DNA of 64,000 nucleotides from Heptranchias perlo (taxonomy: Eukaryota): positions 11,532,001 to 11,596,000 of the forward strand of contig NC_090351.1 in NCBI RefSeq assembly GCF_035084215.1, written 5' to 3'. Within the stretch, counting starts at the first letter, position 1. Each line of letters opens with the position of its first letter. Below the pieces are notes generated by a model. It worked only from the letters and a program-made list of their open reading frames with translations. It did no database searches and was not told the DNA's origin. Made by a program: the position numbers and the translations under genes. Positions 40,945 through 53,369 of this stretch are shown in pieces.

Positions 40945-41885
40945 TGTGACTTGGACTTGGTGCACAGGGCACAATTTCAAAATTTGCAAATGACACAAAA
41001 CTTGGAAATGTAGTAAACAGTGAGAAGGATAGTGATAGACTGCAAGAGGATATAGACAGGCTGGTGGCATGGTTGGACACGTGGCAGATGAAATTTAACA
41101 CAGAAAAATGCAAAGTGATACATTTCGGTAGGAAGAATAAGGAGAGGCAATATAAACTAAAGGGCACAATTCTAAAAGGGGTACAGAAACAGAGAGATCT
41201 GGGGGTATATGTACACAAATTGTTGAAGGTGGTAGGGCAGGCTGAGAAAGCAGTTAAAAAAGCAGATCGGGTCCCGGGCTTTATAAATAGAGGCATAGAG
41301 TACAAAAGCAAGGAAGTCATGAACCTTTATAAAACACTGGTTCGGCCACAATTGGAGTATTGTGTCCAGTTCTGGGCACCGCACTTTAGGAAAGATGTGA
41401 AGGGCTTAGAGAGGGTGCAGAAGAGATTTACTAGAATGATTCCAGGGATGAGGGAGTTTAGTTACGTGGATAGACTGGAGAAGCTGGGGTTGTTCTCCTT
41501 GGAACAGAGAAGGTTGAGAGGAGATTTGATAGAGGTATTCAAAATCATGAAGGGTCTAGACAGTTGATAGAGAGAAACTATTCCCAGCGGCGGAAGGGTC
41601 AAGAACCAGAGAACATAGATTTAAGGTGATTGGCAAAAGAACCAAAGGTGACATGAGGAAAAACCTTTTCACACAGCGAGTGGTTAAGATCTGGAATGCA
41701 CTGCCCGAGGGGACAGTGGAGGCAGATTCAATCATGGCTTTCAAAAGGGAACTGGATAAGTACTTGAAACAAAAAAATTTGCGGGGCTACGGGGATAGGG
41801 CAGAGGAGTGGGACTAGCTGGATTGCTTTTGCATAGAGCCGGCACGGACTTGATGGGCTGAATGGCCTCCTTCTATGATTCTATG
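40945..41885 (+). mobile_element. CR1 LINE 3' portion
   Basis: ORF 41064-41567 WQMKFNTEKCKVIHFG...[16 protein letters not shown]...RRLRGDLIEVFKIM; tail TTCTATGATTCTATG. Confidence 0.92.
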
Positions 41886-43354
41886 GGGATTAATATGGTC
41901 CTGGATGTTATCGTCCAACCCTGACCTCACCCAATATCCACACAGACACCTTACACTTAGGGTCAGTCTGTAGCGATTAAGAGCTGGAATGCCCAATGAT
42001 TTTTTTTTAATTGTTTTTTTTGTTGTAGTGAGCCAACATGTTGGCTGAGACCATTAACTCAACACAGACCAGGACCTTTTTGGTCAGCACTACACCATGC
42101 AGTGAATTTATCATTTATTTACTGATAACAAATGCAAGAGCATACTAATCCCCATAAATTATCCTGCAACCGACCTGGTCATCCACCATCAGTTCTGACG
42201 AGCATCTCAAGCATTATTGCCACTCCCCTTCCGCTGCTAAATCACCCCACTGTTCCAGGAATACCCTGGAGGGTAAAGTCTATCCCAAACCCCTCCACCA
42301 CAAACTGCCTCCTTTGACCTCTTTTCCCCCAATCACCCATTGCACCTTTGATACCAGATGCGAGGAGCTCATGGATTACTTCTTCCACTACATTGAAATC
42401 AGTAGTTTCCTGATTATTATGCTGCAAGTAACTAATAGATGCACATTTGGTCATTTTATGTGCTCCTTAAAAATCAAAATAGTTATGCTAAGGAACGTAT
42501 AAATTTCAGCTGCTTTGAAACAACACATTACGATTGGAAAGTCTGATTATCCAAACAGTAAAATGGTTAATCATAGGGCACCCAGATGGACTGACTGAAC
42601 TCAAATTGTATCTTGACCTAATGATTGAGCTCAGCTACTCCTCATTAGGTGAATTTTAGCTGGGCCATTAGGTGAAATACTTCTGCAGCAGTGGTATAGT
42701 CCACCTTGGGGCGGGGGATTAGGGGAGCAAGGCTCTGCATGACAAAAGCACATTATACATCATTAGTCTGCTATGGAGAGCCATCAACCTCAGTTGTGAA
42801 CATGTGCAGCTGAGGAAGGATGGGGAACAAAAATTGTGGTGAGGATTGTATTAATCAATTAATTGTAAAGTGGGTTAATTTTTCTGTAACTAAGGTATTG
42901 TATAATCCCAATGTCAATATAAGAGATATTTCATTATAAATGATTATGTAGGAAACCTTTGGGCAGTTGTAAAAAGATCAAAGAACACTTGACAAGTGCA
43001 GTGTGTGTTCGGCACAGATGAGATCTATTTTGCCATCTTTTATTTAGAAGATTAGCTGCATTTTGAGCCAAGCTGGAGTAGAAGTGAAAATTAAATTGAA
43101 ACTTGAACTGGCCATAGTCAGGCGCGCAGTGATGGTAGTTTGGGGTCCTCGCTGTGCTGATTTGGTGGGACGCGCCTGCCGCACAGTTTGAGAACCACTG
43201 TCATTAGAAGGCGTATGAAGGCTTGAATGGGAGGGAACCTGCTATCAAAGCATCCTCCTGGCACAAGGCTGGTCACGGTCTACAATGAATGAAAGAGGAA
43301 AAGGACCTGTTTACAGGTAAAAGTTCTACCTGGCTAGTGTAGCATATTTATCTG

Positions 43355-43557
43355 TCAACTGCCTGAGGGGGTGGTGGAGGTAGATTCAATCGTGGCTTTC
43401 AAAAGGGAATTGGATAAGTACTTGAAGAGAAAAAATTTGCAGGGCTACGGGGAAAGGGCAGGGCAGTGGGACTAGCTGGATTGCTCTTGCAGAGAGCCGG
43501 TATGGACTCGATGAGCCGAATGGCCTCCTTCCATGCTATAACCATTCTATGATTCTA
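43355..43557 (+). mobile_element. CR1 3' tail fragment
   Basis: Similar to 41700-41885; ends ATTCTATGATTCTA. Confidence 0.85.
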
Positions 43558-43789
43558 ACTCCTGTAATATTCGCTGCCCAGACTGTCCATAGGAAAATGC
43601 TATTGCCTGTATCAGCTCTTGCTTCTTGAGTTAAACTTTATATGTGCACAGCGGAGCTTGTAGAGTCCGAATGAAGTTTAATTATTGCCTACTAAGTTTT
43701 TTCTAAATAAAAAAACAACTCGATCGAGAGACTGTGCTTTCAGTTAGTTCTTGGCTTGAAGTATTTTGGTCCTCTCTTTCTTTCCTCAG

Positions 43790-43913
43790 ATACGATGAAG
43801 AGCTGGCACAAAATGAGGGCGTGGAATGTGAGGGGAAGCCTCGTGTGGGGCCTTCTCTGAACAAAGGCAATCGACTGAAGGATACTAGAAAGCCTTTTTC
43901 AACTTGGAAATAA
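43790..43913 (+). CDS. TTLL1: TTLL1 coding exon 9 (last)
   Basis: YDEELAQNEGVECEGKPRVGPSLNKGNRLKDTRKPFSTWK*; joined CDS is 1266 nt, 421 aa with no frameshift. Confidence 0.94.
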
Positions 43914-44288
43914 AATCGCTGATATTAAATCTCAGAACAAGTGCTCAGCACTGGAAGCATGGTTCAAAAAGTGTTTGTTCTCCCGCATCCACGTAGCTCA
44001 AAGCCATTCCAATTACAGTATTAAACTCGTACAATCTTTTGAAGGGCATTTCCAGACTAAATTGATATGTACTGAATGTAAATTGGTACAAGTGATAATC
44101 CTGGACCTATATTATAGTATTGCAACTACACTCCTGCTGAATACAGTTCAATCGACCTGGTAGAGAAGACTATGCAAAAAATACATTATTGTTTGTCGAG
44201 AAGACAAAGATGCAGAAGCACTAAAGATACCATCACTAAAGAACTTTCATATGCTATGGAGTGTAATTTCTTTTGTTTTTAACTACTG

Positions 44289-44294
44289 AAATAA
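44289..44294 (+). terminator. Candidate TTLL1 polyadenylation signal
   Basis: AATAAA about 375 nt after the stop; ATTAAA alternatives near 44890 and 44967. Confidence 0.35.
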
Positions 44295-45459
44295 AAGGGA
44301 TGGGGGGGGGGGGTTTCTATGTGATGCTGTAGGTTAATGCATGTCATGTAACTGAAGTGGTAAGTGGTTACACAAGGGAACATTGTAAAACCATAACAGT
44401 GTCACCAAGCTAGTGAAATAGTATACATTCATATGAATGTGTTATACCACCAGTTAGCCAAAGATCTTTTGAAGTCGGTACACTGAGCTTTCATAGAATG
44501 AAGCAGAATTACATTGTATGCTGTTCCTACTGCACTGCTGGGGTCTGTGTCCCTACAGTTTATCATGTAGGATTCCCCGTATTTTATTTGTAACCACTTG
44601 ATACACTGACAGGCAGTGCCTGTTGACCAGGAACTTAGTCAAGATGTACTTCTGAAAGTTTCTCTGGTATTATTTCTTTACTAGCTTTTGAAAGATGTCA
44701 GATTCTTAAGATACATGTGTAAGTGTCACTGTATAATTAATGGTTTTGTCCTGGGCCAAATCCCTTTAACCCTTAGTTGTGTACTGTTCTGACCTCTAAT
44801 GCAACATCTTGGTGTCCAGGAATATGGTTTACAACAGAAATTTGCACTGTTCATTATTTCATTATTTATTTGCAACCAGAATGTACCTCATTAAATCTAA
44901 GTTGGTCAGTAATGTTTTGCATTCCCATCTATAACCTCCAATAAGCAGAGACTGTTAAGTTATTACATTAAATTGTATGTGATTTGAGATTGCATTCTTT
45001 TTTTAATTCAATTGTCAAAAATTGTTCCATTGCCTGTTTACATTCCTCTGTTCAGAGTTTAATGTATCTCTGCCACATTTGTCTACTGCATAACACTCAA
45101 CACATTTGTTATCCCTCTCTTCCTTCCCCCCCACCCACCTAGCATCCACACATATCTATTTCCACAAAGGGTAACTGAATAAAATCCGCAGAAACCCTGG
45201 TTTAGTTTTTTTCTCCCCCCCCACCCCCACCCCTCATTAACCCAGAAGTGTTGAAATCGATTACAGTTCCCCTACCCACCACTTCAGCTGAGATCAGCTA
45301 GCTCAGCATAAGATAGGGGAATCAAACCTAGGACTCTCTGATCTGTATGGCTTTGTGCCACACTGAGTGGTTCATTTAAGCAGAGCCGTCAGGGATGTTG
45401 TTTATCACATTACACAGAAGACTTAACGTTTTGATTCAGATTAGGTCAATGAAGCCTGC

Positions 45460-45908
45460 TGTTAGCCTTGGCCCAGTGGTAGCCCCTTTGCCTCTAAGTC
45501 AGAAGGTTTTAGGTTCAATCCTCACTCCAAAGACTTGAGCATATAATCTAGGATGGCACTTCAGTGTAGTAGAGGGAGTGCTGCATTGTAGGTGGTGTAT
45601 TTTGGATGAGATGTTTAACCGAGGCCCTGTTTGCCTTTGCAAGTGGAGATAAAAGATCCCATGGCAGTATTTTAAGAGCAGTGGAGTTTTCCCAGTGTCC
45701 TGGCTAACGTTTATCCCTTTGCCAACTTCCTTATAACAGATTATTTGGTTGTAACTCTCATTGACATTTGTGGGACCTTGCTCTGCACAAATTGGCGACT
45801 GCATTTTCCCACATTACAAAAGTGACTGCACCTCAAAAGGTACTTGATATGCTGTGAAGTACTTTGGGACAACTAGAGGTTGGAAAAAGCACTATATAAA
45901 TGCAGGTA
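45460..45908 (+). mobile_element. Deu-domain SINE, near full length
   Basis: tRNA-like head (TGGCCCAGTGG, GGTTCAATCC), Deu core GGATGAGATGTTTAACCGAGGCCC...TAAAAGATCCCATGGCA, L2-like tail ...CACTATATAAATGCA. Confidence 0.8.
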
Positions 45909-46529
45909 CTTTTGTGAACGTGATCCTCAGCTGAAGTCAGACCAGCTGTTATGGTAACAGTCCATTGGAAGTGCCATTAACAATACCACTATCTGAACCT
46001 AATACTCTTCTATTCTCATTTTTTCCTTACCTTTCCTGATGCAGGCCCCTATGCTGCTTGGTTGGATTGACCTCCTGGAAACCGGGATCCATGCAACCAA
46101 ACTCAGCTCCTTTATCCCAGATTTTTTTTTGAGTCTATAGCTCTGCAGTAGGAGAAATTCACCTTAACTTTAATCTAAATATCAATATAAATGCAGCTTT
46201 ACAAAGTAGCAGAGTTCCACAGCCAGCAGCTCCCCCCTGGTGCCTTGTGCAAATGACCAAGCAAGCCTGGAAAATGAGCGGTTTAAGCACGGGTTAATAC
46301 AGTCATCATCACCTCTGCTCCTCACCACCACATAGCCACACACGGGCATACCCACAAGCATCACAATGTTAATAAGCAGAAACTCTAGCCAATTTGAACG
46401 ACTCCCTAACCTGAGGATACAGACCAATTGCAGCATGTACCCCAACCCAACTAATTCACCAGAGCAGGACACTTTCTTTTTTAAAAAGAGGGTTGGAGGC
46501 TGTGGAAAATCACTACTAGTGATTGAAGC

Positions 46530-48070
46530 AGACCATATCAAAATTTAAAGGAATAGGTTAGATAGGTGGTTGAAGGGGAATAAAGGGATATGAGAGTAGA
46601 GCAGGCAGGTGAAATTAGGACTATTGCTCATGTGAAAGATAAAACACCAACACAGACTAGTTGGACCGAGCAGCCGGTTTCTGCAGTTTCTATGTAATAC
46701 TGACGGAGGTTGGGGAATAGCAAGGCACCAACCAGAATTTTCCAAAAATCTTAGGAAATGGCAATTAGGTCAAAGGATTGGAGTGGCAATCGTTACAGTC
46801 CCATTTAGAAAGAGGATAATACTGGAAATTATAGGTCAATTAGTCTTCAGTTATGGGGAAATTTCTAGAGTCCATAATACAGTATGAAATTAGTAAACAC
46901 TTAGACATGGCCTAATCAGCATGGATTTGTAAAGGACAGATCCAGTTTGACAAACTTAATTGAACTTCTTGAGGAAATCAGAGTGCATAGATAAAGGGAA
47001 TGTGGTGGATGTTGTATATATTTTAAGAAAGCATTTGATAAGGTATTGTTAATTGTTAAGCAAATTAAGGCACGTGGTATTAAAGGAATGTAGCTGCATG
47101 AGGGATAGCTAAGAGACAAGAATGATGTACATGGATTTTTAAAAAAAATTTCAGGATTTTAGTATTGGTGTGCTCCAGGGATCCACACACCTTTATTTTC
47201 CATTTATAAAAATAATTTGGACATAGGTACAAAAGTAATTATCTAATTCCTTTAAAAAAAAAATTCAACAATGGTTTACAGAAGAGAATCCCACCTTTGA
47301 ACCAACCTCTGGCTAAAGAATTATTTCCAATCTCTAATTATTTTTGAGATTATATTTGTCCCATCTGATTCCACTGGTCAGCAAGACAGTGATAAATGTA
47401 TTGCCATGTCAGCTCTAGTGAAAAAAGCTTTAACTTTTAAAATTTAACAATAACTCCCTGTTAACATCCAAATGCTTTGATATCTTTCCAAAATTGGGGT
47501 TCTCAAAACTGTACATAATACTCCAAATGAAGCCCAAACTAAGGGATTGTACAAGTTCAACATTACCTCCTTGCTTTCATATTCTATGCTTAGTTACAAA
47601 GCCTGGGATTCGTTTTTTTAAAAAATAGCATAATCCACTTGTGCTACCACCCTTTAATGACCTGTGCATCTGCACACCAAGCTCCTTGTGCTCTTCCACT
47701 CCATTTAAAATCCTACCATCTACTTCCTTTCTCTGTTCTTACTTCCAAAATGTGTTACTTCACATTCTTCTACACTGAACTGCATTTCCCATCCATCTGC
47801 TGATATGGCTAGCCTACCTGAAGTCTTTCACAATTTTTGTTACGATTTGCCATAGGCCCCTCAATTTATCAGCAAACATTGATACTGTTTCTTTAATTTT
47901 TAAATCCAGATCATGTATCAATAAATTAAGAGTGGCCCCAATAGAAATTCCCATGGAACATCCCTCACTATATATTTCCAGGCTGAAAAACTTTCTTTTA
48001 TCGTCTAACATTTGCTTTCTGCCCTCCAATCATTACTTTATCCATATGGCCACATTCCTCTTAATTCCAT
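46530..48070. mobile_element. Cluster of decayed CR1 fragments (plus strand about 46530-47250, minus strand about 47265-48070)
   Basis: GNYRSISL, QHGFVKDRSSLTNLIE and FKKAFDKV on plus; MFADK and CR1 C-terminal similarity on minus. Confidence 0.65.
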
Positions 48071-48411
48071 GTGCCATTATCCCAATCCGTGCTTTTACTG
48101 TTTTATTTCTGACTGATGATTGGGATTCCACCAAACAATCTGCCGTTTAATTTGCCCCTTTTATAGCCAGGCCTCATAGTTCTGTTTAATTAGCCTCCCC
48201 CTGAATGAAAGTTGAAGCACTATCACTGGTATGATCAACGGAGTTTGCTTCCCCGCAAAAAATGAATTCACAGTTAGACAAAAGCAGACAGAAATATATT
48301 ATGTAGTCACAACCTGACATGCAAGTCAAATAAAACGGACAAAAAAAGCAAATGCCCCATTTGAGTACAACGAATAAATGTGCAGAAGCAGGTTAATGTA
48401 TTTCAATTGAC

Positions 48412-48417
48412 TTTATT
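48412..48417 (-). terminator. RPS10 polyadenylation signal
   Basis: AATAAA on the minus strand 22 nt after the stop codon. Confidence 0.75.
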
Positions 48418-48439
48418 TTACACAACAAATCGTACACAT

Positions 48440-48478
48440 TTATTGAGGTTGTCCACGACCACGACCAAATCCGCCTCT
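48440..48478 (-). CDS. RPS10: 40S ribosomal protein S10 (eS10), last coding exon
   Basis: RGGFGRGRGQPQ*; TTTTACAG acceptor; joined CDS is 492 nt, 163 aa. Confidence 0.95.
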   Translation of the reverse strand, partial: RGGFGRGRGQPQ

Positions 48479-48640
48479 CTGTAAAAGAAACATAAGTATA
48501 ACGGTTAGCAATTTGCAAATCTCTGAAACATCACCAATATAGTTTAGGAAAATACTAACTCATAATTCACTCAACAACCATCTGTTCTAAAAGTTAAAAG
48601 TATACAACAAATCAGTGCTAGTTTATCAACCCTAGTTTAC

Positions 48641-49177
48641 CAGGGATGTCTTACTGCAGTTATACAGGGCCTTGGTGAGACCACATCTGGAGTATTGTGT
48701 GCAGTTTTGGTCTCCTTCTCTGAGGAAGGATGTCCTTGCCACGGAGGGAATGCATGAAGGTTTACCAGACTGATTCCTGGGATGGCAGGACTGACGTATA
48801 TGAGGAGAGATTGGGTCGACTAGGCCTTTTTTAACGGGAGTTTAGAAGAATGAGAGGTGATCTCATCGAAACATAAAATTCTAACAGGACTAGACAGACT
48901 AGATGCAGGGAAAATGTTCCCGATGGCTGGGGAGTCCAGAACCAGGGGTCACAGTCTCAGGATATGGGGTATGCCATTTAGAACCGAGATGAGGAGAAAT
49001 TTCTTCACTGAAAGGGTGGTGAACTTGTGGAATTCTTTACCACAGAAGGCAGTGGAGGCCAAGTCATTAGATGTATTTAAGAAGGAGATAGAGGGATCAT
49101 GGGGTATGGGGAAAAAGCAATGATCATTTTGAATGGCGGAGCAGGCCTGAAGGGCCTACTCTTGCTCCTATTTTCTA
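48641..49177 (+). mobile_element. CR1 LINE 3' fragment in RPS10 intron
   Basis: [19 protein letters not shown]; ESRTRGHSLRI...RVVNLWNSLP. Confidence 0.88.
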
Positions 49178-49192
49178 GGGAGAATGCACATT

Positions 49193-50080
49193 GGGTCATA
49201 ATTTGCTGTGGCAGGGCATCTAATGGCATCTGCCATTAGTTAGACTGGCCCTTGCCTGTTTAGGTTTTTTAAGTTTTTGCATGGCAAGTTGCTGAAAGTG
49301 CAAAGTGATAACGTCGCAGCGAGGGAAAATGGGCATCTGGGACCTGAGTGAATAGGGCAAGCAAGTGGGTATCTCCAGATTGAAGGATTGTGAAATTATG
49401 TATGTTCTTATATCTGGGGATCAGGCGGGATAGTGGAATGAGGTCGAAGATCAGCCAAAATCTGATTGAATGGCGAAGCATGCTCGAGGGGCCCTATGGA
49501 CTACTCCTGCTCCTACTTCTTATGTTGTTAATTTAAACTTCCTTCAGTCTTTGTACTGTTAAGAGTGGGTGAATTCAATGTCAAATCAGGTACAGGAGAA
49601 AGAGAGAGGGAAAGAAAGATTGGATTAAGAGAGAGAAAAAGAGACAGAAAAGTAAAAGTCTTAAATGAGATTTTTAAAAATCTCCAACAATTAAAACCTG
49701 AAGGAATGAGACTCCACACTTGTAATAGTTAATTTTCAGTGTCAGAGGGGTTGACTGGCAGTAATGAACACTAATCACATCATTAAAAGGGTACTTTAGG
49801 CTAAAATGGACAAGACTTAACTTTCTATGGCGAGTTTAGTTCACATCTACCGTGCAAATACTGGAACTCCATGCCCTTCAATGAATTTCAATGGTGAGGC
49901 AGATGGCGAGATGCCGTTTTTGCAAAGCTAACGGCGGAGTGGCGCATCTCGGACAGCAACTTTTGGATATCGACGTTTAACCGAGCACCTGCCCCTTGCT
50001 TGAAGTTGCTGTACCATTTGTACATAAATAGCTGTGAGCGCCATTCGCCTCACCGTTATTTTGACAGCAAATTCTGGCCC
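49193..50080 (-). mobile_element. TIR element (same family as 18470-19233), interrupted by a CR1 3' tail at about 49388-49527
   Basis: TIRs GGGTCATAATTTGCTG ... CAGCAAATTCTGGCCC; interior similar to the reverse complement of 18470-19233. Confidence 0.72.
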
Positions 50081-50428
50081 AAAATAGTTGTCAGCAAATC
50101 AATAAATGTTTTAGTAAATCTGACTTTACTCTAACAATATTGTATTTAAGGAATGAGATCTCTGAATTTAGTACTTTACTAGAACAATCCAATGGTTGTG
50201 GGCTATTAAAGTGCAACTACAATAGTGTAATTTGTAAAAATGTGATAAATACATCTACAACTAACGTTTTAACAGCATTGACAATGGACAAGATCTTTTA
50301 CATTGCTTACAAACAGACTATTTGCTGCAGTGGACCTGTAAGACATGGTCTTACTTTCTTAGGGCCACTGGGTCAATAACTTTCAAATGCATTTTTCCAC
50401 CTGGGAACAGTGGAAAAACAATACTTAC

Positions 50429-50484
50429 AAACTGGAATTCTGTGGCTGCACCAGCACCAGCTTCAGCCTTCTTATCTGCACCAA
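50429..50484 (-). CDS. RPS10: RPS10 coding exon 4
   Basis: (L)GADKKAEAGAGAATEFQF; CAG/GTAAGT. Confidence 0.95.
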
Positions 50485-51822
50485 CTGTAAAAATAGTAAG
50501 AGCAAAGGTGATTTATTACTCAGTTCCTACAGGAATAGAATCAAAACATCCATGGATTTTATTAATTTTAAATCCAATTCCCAAATCAAGAGCACTCACT
50601 ACTTTTGAATCAATACCACCCCCCAACCGGGCACCCTCTTGTGGTGATGGCCCTGCTAGCAACCGGACTGAAGTAGCAGACTAAGACCAGATGTCTATTT
50701 CTGAAATAAACCTCACCCAGAGAGCCAGGTGAAGCAAGGCAATCTAACCTCACCATGCTGACCAAGTAAGCACAAAAAAGATTGGATTCAGTTACCCTAA
50801 AATTTAAAAAAGGACCCAAAATCTCTGCATCGCCCCCAAGCTGTTACCTGACCGAAGACAGGCCTTTGAGCTCCAACAACCGTGGAACCTCATGGGATGT
50901 CCCTGTGATGACTCAATACTGCTGCCAGGATTATGCCTATGGCAGAATGGCAGGTTCCCTGCTGTTCCCCAAACTTCCCTGCCCCGGCCTGTCAAAACCC
51001 GACAGACCTCAACCTTTAAAATCCTACCGGCACACTCTGTATCGAAGCAAGCAGTTAGCAAGGAAAAAGGAAACACTAAAGTTTAACTCAGAGCTGCTGT
51101 CTGATAATGGCCCAGATCTCTGGGTGCTGCAATCAAGCACTCGATTTAGCACTGAAAAACAAAAACAGCTGTTCAACCAAATCAGGGAAGGGGCAGAGAA
51201 CTCTCAAGACCAGTGGCTGCATTCGAGTTACCTGTGGTGGTCCTGAAGCCTGCAACAGACCCCATTCTCTAACAATTTTCCATCCGAGATCAATCCCTGA
51301 AATTTCAATAACCTGACTGCAGCCCCCTTCCAGATCAATCAAGGATGCCCTGAACTTACTCCGTCATGAGGCAGCACTGTCAATGCTGAACAGCCAGGAG
51401 CTCCAAGCAGCTACCTGCAGAGTAACAATCTCCAGATGGAAGCAGGACACATGACCCAAACAGAATGACATCACAAATAGACCCACTGCATAGTAAGTAA
51501 CAAATAGGCATGACTACAATGGCGAGACCCAGAAACTTCAATACTTATATGGGGAAGCACACCTCAGGACCCTGCAGCACGCAAATATCATGTGTCACTC
51601 ATCGCCCCTTAATCTGAAAATAACTCACGCAGCCAAACACAAGACAAATAGAACACAGCCCCAGCCATCTTTGAAGCCCTACTCCCAATTTCAAAACCAT
51701 AATGAGAACTTCACAACAATGGTCAGAAAGAAGCAAACAGAAATTCGGAGCACTCCAACGAGCGAGATCTGTGTCCACAAAAGTGAAATAGTTACAACAA
51801 ATCCGATCTCTCAGATAACCTA

Positions 51823-51960
51823 CAGAAAATGCTGGAAATACTCAGCAGGTCAGGCAGCATCTGCTGAGTATTTCTAGCATTGCCGAATACCTGCTGAGTA
51901 TTTCCAGCATTTTCTGTTTTTATTTCAGATTTCCAGCATCCGCAGTATTTTGATTTTGTT
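51823..51960 (+). mobile_element. Short Penelope-like 3'-end insertion with inverted 5' part, flanked by a 12-bp TSD
   Basis: TCAGATAACCTA at 51811-51822 and 51961-51972; interior matches 52715-52795 in both orientations. Confidence 0.8.
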
Positions 51961-52034
51961 TCAGATAACCTAGCTGCATCAGCATGATCAAGATAGACTA
52001 TGGACGACCTTGGCAATGGGGTGAAACGGAAAAC

Positions 52035-52071
52035 AGTTAACGTTTCAGGTCGATGACGCTTCGTCAGAACT
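52035..52071 (-). ncRNA. Hammerhead motif with imperfect stem II
   Basis: Reverse strand reads AGTT-CTGACGA-AGCGTC ATC GACCT-GAAA-CGTT-AACT. Confidence 0.65.
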
Positions 52072-52795
52072 GGAAGAAGAAAGATTAAACAGTTTTTAAG
52101 CAAGTACAGAGCCAGGGAAAGGAGGAAAGAACAAAGGGGAAGGTCTGTGATAGGGTGGAGGGCAGGAGTGATTAAATGACAAAAGGGATGATGGTGCAAG
52201 GCAAGGAGGGTGGTAATGGGACAAGTAAAGAAACAAAAGGTGGGTCTAGAGATGTAAATGGCAACAGTAGAACCATTACCAGCACCTGCTGTCTGAAAAA
52301 AATGGAAGCAGTGATTATGATCAGAGGTTACTGAAATCCAGGAAGTCCAGAAGGTTGTAAAGTGCCGAATCGAAAGATGAGGTGCTGTTCCTCGTGCTTC
52401 CGATGAGCTTCGCTGGAACAGTGTAAGAGGAGAGGACAGAGAGGTCAGATCATAACCACTGCTCCCATTTACAGCTCCTCTAGACCCATCTTTTGTTTCT
52501 TTATTTGTCCCATTACCACCCTCCTTGCCTTGCACCATCATCCCTTTTGCCATTTAATCACTCCAGCCCTCCACTCTATCACAGACCTTCCCTTTTGTTC
52601 TTTCCTCTCCCCCTTTCCCTGGCTCTGTACTTGTTTAAAAACTGTTTAATCTTCAATTTGTTCCAGTTCTGACGAAGTGTCATCGACCTGAAACGTTAAC
52701 GGTCTCTTTCTCCACGGATGCTGCCTGAATTGCTGAGTATTTCCAGCATTTTCTGTTTTTATTTCAGATTTCCAGCATCTGCAGTATTTTGCTTT
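52039..52795 (+). mobile_element. Penelope-like insertion with inverted 5' arm, flanked by a 17-bp TSD
   Basis: TGAAACGGAAAACAGTT (52022-52038) and TGAAACGAAAAACAGTT (52796-52812); minus-strand GIY-YIG C-terminus LLHCSSEAHRKHEEQHLIFRFGTLQPSGL near 52340-52430; arms about 52036-52270 and 52460-52700. Confidence 0.85.
52666..52700 (+). ncRNA. Hammerhead motif with imperfect stem II
   Basis: GTT-CTGACGA-AGTGTC ATC GACCT-GAAA-CGTT-AAC. Confidence 0.62.
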
Positions 52796-53369
52796 TGAAA
52801 CGAAAAACAGTTGAGTCTTCAGGATTCAGGAAGGTTTTGAAAAAGGCATCCATATCAAGAGCTGTGGGAAATTTCACTGCATGCCAAAGACAGCATCCCG
52901 CTAACACCACCACAGACATAAATATCACCCACACAAAGATTAAGGCAACTAACCAAGACCCCTCACAACTGCCCTTCATAGATTCTTGCAAAAGGCCAGT
53001 TCAGGTAAGGAAGCACCCCATGGTTGCACGAACTTTACCGATCTGATAGGAGGCCTGTGCACGACTTAAGATTCCACTGGGGCCGACAACCCTCCCCCCA
53101 TACTGGCACAAAGAGCGCCCAGTGAGTTCAGATCTTGACTAAAGAATATCACCAAACACAGGGACAAGATCTTGTCTTTTCAACAACTGATGTACATCTC
53201 ACACCTTATTCCACAGGATGTGTTTAGGTACTTTCAATCAAGCACTCCTTCCAGGTGCCAGTGATATGTTATTTCAGCAAAATCCAACCCCCTCTAGAGC
53301 TATTCATTCTCAACCCCTATGATACCCACAAATGTATATTTCCTCTGTGCACTGCACTCGCTTCCATTG

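Noticed and set aside
42689-43200. hAT-like element ending TTTGAGAACCACTG
   Set aside because: Only one convincing terminus and no 8-bp TSD
51792-52553. 253-aa minus-strand ORF
   Set aside because: It reads through PLE UTR arms; the real GIY-YIG remnant is in another frame
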